Virus record (IMG/VR): IMGVR_UViG_3300042393_000465 | Coordinates: 1 to 30,260 of that record | Source of the DNA: a virus | Lineage: Duplodnaviria > Caudoviricetes | Reading direction: 5' to 3' (one strand) | DNA: 30,260 bases | In this document: piece by piece, positions 1-6,784 of the stretch | Numbering within the stretch: the first letter of the stretch is position 1 | Layout of the letters: each line of letters starts with the position of its first letter | The notes under the pieces: generated by a model | Told to the model about the DNA's origin: nothing | The model's input: only the letters and a program-made list of their open reading frames with translations | Database searches by the model: none | Program-made: the position numbers and the translations under genes

Positions 1-254
1 AGTTGCTTCGATAACCTTGTATTCAATATCGTTTGTTTGAACGTCGGTAATTTCTACTTTCTGCGGGCGCGTTGAATTAGTGTAAACCGCTCCTATTATT
101 ATTCTTTTCATATCAGAAAGGTAAGTAATCTTGTTCCTCATTCGGTGCGTGCGCTTTCATTTGGTCAACACGTGCTTTGTCCTGAATACTTTCACCGTTA
201 CCGTTTAATCTTTCAAGTCGCCAAGCTTCCAACGTATTAAAATATTTAACTTCA
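1..254. repeat. Terminal direct repeat, left copy (circularisation overlap)
   Basis: 1-254 matches 30007-30260 base for base except position 127 (a) versus 30133 (c). Confidence 0.97.
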
Positions 255-478
255 CCTGCTGGGGACGTCCATTCTCGACCTCGCAAATTAAAGCTAACTT
301 CTAACTTGTTACCTACTTTAAAAGCGTCCAATAGATTACATTTGTCTTGTGTTAATTGAAATTCAATATCTTGTGGATACTGCGATTCGTCTGTAATTAC
401 GAAAATTCTTTTACTAAATTTTTCACTTACAACTTGTGTTTCTTTCGCTACCTTGAGCGTTCCGTTAATTTTAAACAT
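113..478 (-). CDS. DUF3127 family protein, putative single-stranded DNA-binding protein
   Basis: Motifs QYPQDIEFQLTQDK, FNLRGREW and YFNTLEAWR are typical of Bacteroidota DUF3127. The acidic tail reads DYLPF here and DDLPF in the second repeat copy, resembling SSB C-termini. Confidence 0.85.
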   Translation of the reverse strand: MFKINGTLKVAKETQVVSEKFSKRIFVITDESQYPQDIEFQLTQDKCNLLDAFKVGNKLEVSFNLRGREWTSPAGEVKYFNTLEAWRLERLNGNGESIQDKARVDQMKAHAPNEEQDYLPF

Positions 479-502
479 ATATTTGTTTTTATTGATTACT
501 AA

Positions 503-661
503 TTATTGCGCTACAAATTCAGTTTTAAGCCACTGAATAAACGCTCTTTGTATGTTTACTTGTTGCGATTGCGCTTCGAGTTCTGCGTCCTTAATTATTG
601 TGTTATCGACCTTTCTAACTTCGTCAATAAATGCGTTTCCGTGTTTCTTTACCGTAGGCAT
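503..661 (-). pseudogene. Probable 3' half of an interrupted small gene (MPTVKKHGNAFIDEVRK...), possibly re-started
   Basis: Backbone-like CpG content resumes at about 655, there is an in-frame ATG at 661-659, and it reads as a plausible continuation of the 1427-1528 ORF. Confidence 0.5.
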
Positions 662-1430
662 CCTCTTGAACACCAAGGTTTGCACAAACTTTATCAATTA
701 AATTTTCAACTTCAACTAATGAAGCGAGATCTACTGCATACGGATTCATAACTTGTTTTTTGAAGTATAGGTTTTTTCTATTATCATTAACTTCTTCAAG
801 TGTTTCTTGTTTATTGGTATTTGACCATTCACGCATTTGTTCTAAATCTTTAACAACCTCTTCTTTATTTGCTATTAGATGCTCTCTAAGAACTAATTTA
901 GCATTTTCAAATACATCTAATATATTAGATGGTGATGTCCCAAATGCTTCTTCTAAAGCATCATCAAGTTCTTTATTGAGTTTATCCCATTTTTCTTGTT
1001 TAGGTTCTTCTTGTGGTAAATCATATTCCCATTTGCAGTGCCCTGACCATTTAGTTTCTGGCTCAAAGAACCTCAACTCACTAACCTTCACCTTTTCACA
1101 ACTAGGATTCTTCACAAACCATTCTAAGAACTCATCATCAATAGCTTGAACACCTTCAGCAATTAAGTCTTGGTCTGTTGTTAGAATGATTTTTTTACTT
1201 GCTCCTGGTGTACCTGCACCTGTATTTTTAAATACTACTTTGTTGTACTCATCATAACACCAATCCCCTTTAATTTCTTCATCAGAAGTGATGTAGATGT
1301 TATGTGGTTTATACCCTACAGATGATATATACCAATCCATTGCCATAGTGCTGTTAGTTAATTTATGTTTACCATCTATAGAATAGAAATTACTTGGTTT
1401 TTCTGTTGGTATTAAATATAAGTTTTTCAT
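624..1430 (-). CDS. Hypothetical phage protein (KKIILTTDQDL / EEPKQE type), recently inserted and chimeric at its 3' end
   Basis: 268-aa ORF whose ATG overlaps the upstream stop (ATGA). I saw only one CpG between about 745 and 1440, in contrast to the flanks. Confidence 0.75.
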   Translation of the reverse strand: MKNLYLIPTEKPSNFYSIDGKHKLTNSTMAMDWYISSVGYKPHNIYITSDEEIKGDWCYDEYNKVVFKNTGAGTPGASKKIILTTDQDLIAEGVQAIDDEFLEWFVKNPSCEKVKVSELRFFEPETKWSGHCKWEYDLPQEEPKQEKWDKLNKELDDALEEAFGTSPSNILDVFENAKLVLREHLIANKEEVVKDLEQMREWSNTNKQETLEEVNDNRKNLYFKKQVMNPYAVDLASLVEVENLIDKVCANLGVQEDAYGKETRKRIY

Positions 1431-1528
1431 AATTTCTTTTTTTGTTCTAAATAGTTAACGTCTTCGAGCAAATCAGCCATTACGGGCAAAATAGCCACCA
1501 CTGCGATTAATTTCTGTTCGTTTGTCAT
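1427..1528 (-). CDS. 33-aa ORF MTNEQKLIAVVAILPVMADLLEDVNYLEQKKKL, probable 5' half of the interrupted gene
   Basis: Translated by hand. ATGA overlaps with both neighbours. Confidence 0.6.
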   Translation of the reverse strand: MTNEQKLIAVVAILPVMADLLEDVNYLEQKKKL

Positions 1529-1653
1529 TTGTCGTAAACTATTAAGGGTTTTATTAACTCGATTATTTTTGCTTTGTTGAACTTTGGAACTGTAACAATT
1601 AGCTTCGTTCCGTCTGTTACTTTTTTACGCCCTGCGTTTCTGCTATTTTTCAT
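1525..1653 (-). CDS. 42-aa basic protein MKNSRNAGRKK..., candidate small DNA-binding regulator
   Basis: Translated by hand and ATGA-coupled on both sides. An RNAGRK basic arm is followed by a beta-strand/helix pattern; a ribbon-helix-helix-like fold is inference. Confidence 0.6.
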   Translation of the reverse strand: MKNSRNAGRKKVTDGTKLIVTVPKFNKAKIIELIKPLIVYDK

Positions 1654-1730
1654 TTTGTTTTAAGTGTTAAAATTTTGATAGTTGCCACTATTGAATAAAG
1701 TACTAATAGATAAATAATTGTTCCAGTCAT
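1650..1730 (-). CDS. 26-aa single-pass membrane peptide MTGTIIYLLVLYSIVATIKILTLKTK
   Basis: Translated by hand. Hydrophobic core, stop overlaps the next ATG. Confidence 0.5.
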   Translation of the reverse strand: MTGTIIYLLVLYSIVATIKILTLKTK

Positions 1731-1752
1731 TGTTTAAAGTTTAAAATGTTAA

Positions 1753-1917
1753 TTAATTAGCTAAATGTTTAATAATATAATTTAAGTCTACTTGTTGAGA
1801 ATTTACAAATTTGTTGAAAATAGTATATAAACCATTTTCAATCCATTTAATTTCAAAAGTTCTTGTAATACCATTGATTGTTAAGTTTACTTTTGAATAT
1901 CTAGTTAAATTTTCCAT
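1753..1917 (-). CDS. 54-aa hypothetical protein MENLTRYSKV...
   Basis: Translated by hand. First ORF after the promoter at about 1940, with an A-rich leader (aaaacaaacacaATG). Confidence 0.65.
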   Translation of the reverse strand: MENLTRYSKVNLTINGITRTFEIKWIENGLYTIFNKFVNSQQVDLNYIIKHLAN

Positions 1918-1931
1918 TGTGTTTGTTTTAA

Positions 1932-1981
1932 AGTGTCCACAAATATAAGTATATTTTATTAATAAACAATACTTTTATTAA
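1932..1981 (-). promoter_or_regulatory. Bacteroidota-type promoter P1 with TTTATTAA boxes
   Basis: TATATTTG (TAnnTTTG -7 element) on the minus strand at 1947-1940. 42/50 identical to 5124-5173. Confidence 0.75.
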
Positions 1982-2006
1982 AAAATAATTGAAAATAATT
2001 TAAAAT

Positions 2007-2037
2007 AAAAAAGCCTACACTAATAAATAGGTAGGCT
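2007..2037 (-). terminator. Intrinsic terminator after endolysin
   Basis: AGCCTAC-loop-GTAGGCT followed by a T-run on the minus strand. Confidence 0.75.
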
Positions 2038-2063
2038 CAAAATTCAGGCGTTCAACTCCGAAT

Positions 2064-2633
2064 TTATATTGTCGTTTCGTGTAAAAGTGTGTAACTGTAA
2101 ACCCTCGATTTCTGCACCTCAACGAATTTGTAAAGTGCATTCATATTCGCCATATTTGCCCCTTGACAACCTGCGCTCCAATTACCAACTTTATTTCCTT
2201 TTCCCATATAATGAAAGTTCGTAAATGCTACTTCGTTGTAAATTGTACCGCCCGTTTCCAAACTTGAATCTTTATCGTTATCTCTCCAATACCACATCGA
2301 TTTAATTTGTCTAAATGCTTTTTTACCCATGTGTCCGTTATCCATTAATTGATAACAACCGCGATACTGTTTATCGTGAACAAGAATTGCAGTTCCTAAC
2401 TTATTCATTGGCTTCAATCTGTAATAAACTCCTGCATCTGTTGTAATTGGAATAATTAGTTCGTGGCGTTTGCCTTTGTCGTCCCAATAAAACGCACCGC
2501 CCCAATCATTAAACGTGTCCGCTGTATTTTCATTTGTGCGCACTCCGAAAAGGTTAATTGAAAATGGTTCACGAAAAACAACCGCTCCGATTTTTTCCAT
2601 TCCTTTAATTACTTGGTCAATTGTTGGTTTCAT
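2064..2633 (-). CDS. Putative endolysin with an L,D-transpeptidase (YkuD)-like His/Cys motif
   Basis: NFH...WSAGCQ resembles the HxnS[H/A]GC catalytic motif. Adjacent to a spanin-like gene, and no other lysin is visible. Confidence 0.6.
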   Translation of the reverse strand: MKPTIDQVIKGMEKIGAVVFREPFSINLFGVRTNENTADTFNDWGGAFYWDDKGKRHELIIPITTDAGVYYRLKPMNKLGTAILVHDKQYRGCYQLMDNGHMGKKAFRQIKSMWYWRDNDKDSSLETGGTIYNEVAFTNFHYMGKGNKVGNWSAGCQGANMANMNALYKFVEVQKSRVYSYTLLHETTI

Positions 2634-3066
2634 AAACTTTTTTTATTACAAATTTAAGATAAATCGGAATAAAAATACCTATTCCTAAACCAAGCCAAAA
2701 CCAATTAAACGGTTTACGCTTGTGAACTTTTGCCAACTTTACAACCTCTTTTGTTTTCCACTTAGTTACATAACGCACCGTTTCGATTGAATCACGCTGT
2801 ATCCTGTATTTGTAGCGTATTTCTTGACGTGTCAAAGGTATTTGTACTTCGGGGCAATTTAAAGGCATTAAAACGGTTATAATTGAATCCTTTCCGTTTA
2901 TCTTAATTACTTTGTCAACACTTACAATTCGTTCGGTTGTGTCAATAGTTCCGCCTTTCTTTAAAAATTTCCCAAAATGGTAACTTGCTGAACAACTATT
3001 TAAACCGATAATTATAATTAAACCGATTAGCGTGAACCAAATTAAAATTATTATTCTTGTTTTCAT
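2617..3066 (-). CDS. Putative unimolecular spanin (lipoprotein with C-terminal TM helix)
   Basis: N-terminal hydrophobic signal with lipobox LNSC and C-terminal hydrophobic FNWFWLGLGIGIFIPIYL. Overlaps the lysin gene. Confidence 0.65.
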   Translation of the reverse strand: MKTRIIILIWFTLIGLIIIIGLNSCSASYHFGKFLKKGGTIDTTERIVSVDKVIKINGKDSIITVLMPLNCPEVQIPLTRQEIRYKYRIQRDSIETVRYVTKWKTKEVVKLAKVHKRKPFNWFWLGLGIGIFIPIYLKFVIKKVYETNN

Positions 3067-3470
3067 TCTTCGCCTCCTTTAAAATCCTTTACTAATTTTT
3101 CAAATTGTTTATTTCCCTGCATTTTAGTTTGAAAGTAAGTTAATATATTATTCAACTTAGTAACCTCCTTAGAAGCTATCGAGTGCGTTACAATTAAGTC
3201 GTTTAATTCTCGTTCTAGGTCTAAAATCATTAACGATTGATTGTAAATTTGTTCGTCTTTCTTTTTTACCTTTTCAGACTTTCGATTATTATCCGCTAAA
3301 ACGTCTTTTAAAACTTTTTGCGTTTCTGAATAATGCTTGTATAAATTATCGTAACGTTCGCATTTTAGTTCGTAATACTGTTTTAAAGTTTTGTACTTAA
3401 ATCGGAATAACGTTCCAAATCCGACTGTAATTAAGCTCAAAGCTCCAATTGTAATTGTGTAAGTGTTCAT
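3063..3470 (-). CDS. Membrane-anchored coiled-coil hypothetical protein
   Basis: N-terminal hydrophobic stretch followed by K/E/L heptad-like sequence. ATGA overlap with the spanin gene. Confidence 0.7.
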   Translation of the reverse strand: MNTYTITIGALSLITVGFGTLFRFKYKTLKQYYELKCERYDNLYKHYSETQKVLKDVLADNNRKSEKVKKKDEQIYNQSLMILDLERELNDLIVTHSIASKEVTKLNNILTYFQTKMQGNKQFEKLVKDFKGGEE

Positions 3471-3496
3471 ATTTATTTGTTTATTAGTTACGTTTT

Positions 3497-3538
3497 AAAA
3501 ACCCCTCGGAATAGTTGCCGATTCTACTCGGAGGGGTT
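3497..3538 (-). terminator. Strong hairpin with U-tract (terminator or attenuator) upstream of the 3470 gene
   Basis: Minus strand AACCCCUC-C-GAGUAG loop CUAUUC-C-GAGGGGUU followed by UUU. Confidence 0.6.
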
Positions 3539-3555
3539 GGCTTACCAGAGCCTGT

Positions 3556-3747
3556 TTAATAATTTGATTTTAATTCACTGTAATAATACTTGTCAAAAAT
3601 TTCCTGTCTTAAATAGTCAAAACCATTAAATTGACAAAAGAAAATTACTTTATGTGCTTTGCTTGAAAAATACCATCCTTTTAAACCTCCTTTAAAAGTT
3701 ATTTCTTCTGCTAATTTTCCGTCTATCATTTTCAAATTCATACCCAA
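3556..3747 (-). CDS. Hypothetical protein (start uncertain)
   Basis: 63-aa ORF in a co-oriented cluster. Confidence 0.45.
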   Translation of the reverse strand: MGMNLKMIDGKLAEEITFKGGLKGWYFSSKAHKVIFFCQFNGFDYLRQEIFDKYYYSELKSNY

Positions 3748-3799
3748 ATCTACTAACTATATTTGTTCACTTTTACGCTATTATGATAAACGGTTAATA

Positions 3800-4024
3800 T
3801 CAATTACAAACGGTTATTTGCGTTTTACTAACTTGTATTTCTTTTCCCTCGAAAAGAATAACCGTGTAATTTAAGTGACGGCTAATTATAGCGCATTTAG
3901 TATCTTTATAAACGCAAGTTCTGTAAGGAATAAAGTATTTCGTTCCTTTTGGTAGTTCGTGGTTTTGTTCAACGATTTGATAGCTTACAAGACCGTTAAG
4001 TTCTATTTTCAGCAGGTATTTCAT
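3800..4024 (-). CDS. Hypothetical protein
   Basis: 74-aa ORF, ATGA overlap with the upstream gene. Confidence 0.65.
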   Translation of the reverse strand: MKYLLKIELNGLVSYQIVEQNHELPKGTKYFIPYRTCVYKDTKCAIISRHLNYTVILFEGKEIQVSKTQITVCN

Positions 4025-4251
4025 AAATTAGATTTTACAATTATATAATTTTTTCCGTTGATTAATTCTTTTCTCATTTCTCGGTCAGGTTTCGCTGTAT
4101 CAATTTCAAACGTTTCAAAAACAACCTCGATATGATTTTCAATGTAGTTTTCTTTTTCCCTACCCTGCCGAATATTTTTAACAAGGTTTCTTAATACTTC
4201 ATTCAAATATTGGTCGTTATCGTAAGTAAGTGAAATTGTTACGTGTTTCAT
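4021..4251 (-). CDS. Hypothetical protein
   Basis: 76-aa ORF, ATGA-coupled on both sides. Confidence 0.7.
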   Translation of the reverse strand: MKHVTISLTYDNDQYLNEVLRNLVKNIRQGREKENYIENHIEVVFETFEIDTAKPDREMRKELINGKNYIIVKSNL

Positions 4252-4601
4252 TCGATTACCTCCAATTCAGCTAAATATAATTCAAGTTCTTCTATTTCGC
4301 TTTCTTTATCAATAAGTAGTTTAAGTGCTATAATTGCTTTCGATTCGTTTTTATTACGCATAGCTTCACGCATAAATTGGTTGTAATTATCAACTGACAT
4401 TTGATTGATTTCAATTTTCTGTTTTGTTGTTTTAATTTCAGCTTCTACTTTCTCCCAATCCAACTCCTTACCATTTTCACAATCGCATTGAGTTAACTTG
4501 TAAGTTACTGAATTTTCAAAACCACCGATTGCTTCTTCGTATTCTCCCGTTCCATCGCATCCTTGACAAACGGTTGTAAATTTTTCTTTAAGTGTTTCCA
4601 T
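4248..4601 (-). CDS. Zinc-finger (CxxCxGxG) plus coiled-coil protein
   Basis: CQGCDGTG and CDCENG motifs followed by an E/K-rich helix. Confidence 0.7.
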   Translation of the reverse strand: METLKEKFTTVCQGCDGTGEYEEAIGGFENSVTYKLTQCDCENGKELDWEKVEAEIKTTKQKIEINQMSVDNYNQFMREAMRNKNESKAIIALKLLIDKESEIEELELYLAELEVIE

Positions 4602-4680
4602 ACTGTAAATTTAAGTTTTAAAATTATTGTGTTTTTTGTTTTTGTGTTAAGCGGTGTTATTCAATTATAAGCGGTAATTA

Positions 4681-4899
4681 TTAAGATATTATTTTTAAAA
4701 ATGTTTTTGCTTCTTTTTCAAAGTCCCAATCGTGATTTGTTATTAATCCTTTTTCGTTTAGAAATATTTGAAAATTAACTAATTTATTTAATTTACCTTC
4801 AAAACAAATATGTGTTTTACTAGGGTGCTGTTGACGACTTGTGTAAAGTATTTTTTTTTCACATTCTTTACACTCCCAAATATGATGCGTGAAACCCAT
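4681..4899 (-). CDS. Hypothetical protein with CxxC...HxC possible metal site
   Basis: 72-aa ORF containing CKEC and HIC. Confidence 0.6.
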   Translation of the reverse strand: MGFTHHIWECKECEKKILYTSRQQHPSKTHICFEGKLNKLVNFQIFLNEKGLITNHDWDFEKEAKTFLKIIS

Positions 4900-4901
4900 A
4901 A

Positions 4902-5108
4902 TTAATTTATTAAGTGAATTAATCCGTAAACGTTTTTACAAATTTGATTTTTAGCTTTTACGCTTCTTTCAGTTTGTTGAGCTATCATTTCTTCAATAAA
5001 CTTTTGTTCTTCTTGAATAGCTTGTTTAACTGCTTCTATTGCGTCCATTCCGTTAATCATTAAGTTGATTGTTCTTTCTTCGATTGATTTAGATAATAAA
5101 GTTTCCAT
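4902..5108 (-). CDS. Hypothetical protein
   Basis: 68-aa ORF, first gene after promoter P2. Confidence 0.7.
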   Translation of the reverse strand: METLLSKSIEERTINLMINGMDAIEAVKQAIQEEQKFIEEMIAQQTERSVKAKNQICKNVYGLIHLIN

Positions 5109-5123
5109 TTGTTTTACCGTTTT

Positions 5124-5173
5124 AGTGTCTACAAATATAAGTACTATTTATTAATTAAATACACTTTTATTAA
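5124..5173 (-). promoter_or_regulatory. Bacteroidota-type promoter P2 with TTTATTAA boxes
   Basis: TATATTTG at 5139-5132 on the minus strand; near copy of P1. Confidence 0.75.
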
Positions 5174-5268
5174 TTTATTTTTGATTTATTTTTGATTTAA
5201 ATAAAATAACCTTTGATTTTCAATAAGTTAGCTTAAATTTATTTTTGATTTATTTTTTTTTAACCGCA

Positions 5269-5301
5269 TAAAAAAAGCCGTCTGAATAAACAAACGACTT
5301 T
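5269..5301 (-). terminator. Intrinsic terminator after holin
   Basis: AAGUCGUUUG-loop-CAGACGGCUU followed by a U-run on the minus strand. Confidence 0.75.
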
Positions 5302-5340
5302 AATTAACCTAAAAACACAATATGGAATGTAAATATACGA

Positions 5341-5763
5341 TTAATCTTTTAAATCTTCAATTTGTTCTTTACTTCTTTTCGCAAAAATAATAAATGCTTT
5401 CCAAACATCTTTGCCCGTTACACTTTCGTAACTTTCATTTATCGACTTCAATTCAGTTACCACGCAAAAGAAAGTAAACATTTTAGTTAATACCAAATCA
5501 ATAGCTATAAAATGCCCTAAAATATCGCTTATAACAAACTTTTCTAATAAGAATATAAATACTATTGCGCCACTATATAAAAGGCTCTTAGAAATAGTGT
5601 GTGAAAGTCTACGTGAACGTATCTTTTGACCTTTCTTATAACTTCGCCAAATTCCGAAACAAGTATCTAAAATGATTGAAACAACCGAAATTAACACAAG
5701 CGGTTTTATCGGTGTTAATATTGAGAAAAAAGATAGTAGCAAAAGTGTTGTTTTAGTTTTCAT
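5341..5763 (-). CDS. Phage holin (phage_holin_4-like)
   Basis: Several TM segments with D..FG...S.KK..I.S.RL..T..K and ELKSINES patterns; located after the fibre genes. Confidence 0.75.
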   Translation of the reverse strand: MKTKTTLLLLSFFSILTPIKPLVLISVVSIILDTCFGIWRSYKKGQKIRSRRLSHTISKSLLYSGAIVFIFLLEKFVISDILGHFIAIDLVLTKMFTFFCVVTELKSINESYESVTGKDVWKAFIIFAKRSKEQIEDLKD

Positions 5764-5978
5764 TAATCTAGTGTTATTGGTGGTACGTATTCACTCAAAG
5801 GTATTTCCAGCAAGTAAGCGTATTCAGTTGATGCTATATCCGCCTCGTCTGAACTGCTCAAAAATAAGAAATAAACGTCGTTTATATCTTGAACAAAGTT
5901 AAAAAATGTGTCTGCGTCAAAGAATACACCTTGTAGACTTTCCGCTGTTTCTGTTGTTACTATTCTTCCTTCTATCAT
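5763..5978 (-). CDS. Small acidic protein, possible fibre-associated chaperone
   Basis: 71 aa, coupled to the upstream fibre-module gene; ends in YVPP. Confidence 0.6.
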   Translation of the reverse strand: MIEGRIVTTETAESLQGVFFDADTFFNFVQDINDVYFLFLSSSDEADIASTEYAYLLEIPLSEYVPPITLD

Positions 5979-6784
5979 ACTTGTCTGCTTAGTGTTGTTT
6001 GAAACGCTTGTACCGCTGTATATAAGTTAGCAGATTCTGTGTCTGTTAATCCATCACCAATTGAAGCAAAGGCGCATTCTTTATTTGTGAAAAAAGTAGC
6101 TCCTCCCAAATCAGTGATATTTACTGCACCAATAAATATTTTTCCAGTTGACCTAACTTGGGTAATAGTAGATGAATTAGTGTTTAATAAAGTGCCATTT
6201 TTATAAATTTTTCTACTACTTGATGAAGTAATTGATCCAGTTGTTAATCCTCTTGAATCTGTTGACGTGCTATCGACTACGCCGCTAAAAATCCCGCTTG
6301 TAGCTCTGAATGAATTTACATTTGTATTTCTTCTTATTACTAAATTTAGACCATTTCCTCCTAAATTAAGTGATACTCCAATTGGTATTTCATTTAAAAT
6401 TGCACTATCTGTTCTTGAATAATAACTTAAATGCGCTGAATTTACGACCATTGATGTGTTAGGTATTAAGAATGTGTCAGCAAAAGCATTTGATGGTGTC
6501 ATTCCAGTAGCTGAATGAGTCCAACCAGTTGCAAATGTTAATCTAAATGCAGCATCTAAATCTCTTGGGTCTTTTAAGTTGAATTTATGCTGTGATGCTG
6601 TGCCACCAACAATAGGATAAATAGCTTTCATTTTAGTCCAAATTGAATACCCTTTCAATGCAAGTACCAAAGTGTTGATTGCATTTTGTTGGGTGTTATC
6701 AGTTATCGCAGCCGCTGTAATGAACGCTTGTGCATCAGGGTCAAAGCTACTTTTTGGCATCAAAGATATTAGGCTTCTGTACAT
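5975..6784 (-). CDS. Putative receptor-binding/tail accessory protein (beta-rich, LamG/ConA-like by inference)
   Basis: S/T/G/N-rich with KIYKNG and IFIGA beta motifs; follows the fibre gene. Confidence 0.6.
   Translation of the reverse strand: MYRSLISLMPKSSFDPDAQAFITAAAITDNTQQNAINTLVLALKGYSIWTKMKAIYPIVGGTASQHKFNLKDPRDLDAAFRLTFATGWTHSATGMTPSNAFADTFLIPNTSMVVNSAHLSYYSRTDSAILNEIPIGVSLNLGGNGLNLVIRRNTNVNSFRATSGIFSGVVDSTSTDSRGLTTGSITSSSSRKIYKNGTLLNTNSSTITQVRSTGKIFIGAVNITDLGGATFFTNKECAFASIGDGLTDTESANLYTAVQAFQTTLSRQV

Noticed and set aside
3514-3521. Hairpin loop complementary to GTTGCCGA sites in minus-strand mRNAs (about 8196, 15484, 22559) as a trans antisense system
   Set aside because: These are 8-mer matches inside coding sequence, corresponding to common Val-Ala-Glu codons, and are plausibly chance.
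3758-3765. Plus-strand TATATTTG (also at 478-485) as antisense promoters
   Set aside because: They lack the extended P1/P2/P3 context and a credible downstream gene; such 8-mers are expected in AT-rich DNA.
4640-4680. TAAGCGGT direct repeat after the 72-aa gene as an attC-like cassette site
   Set aside because: Only two 8-bp copies with no extended inverted repeat and no integrase.
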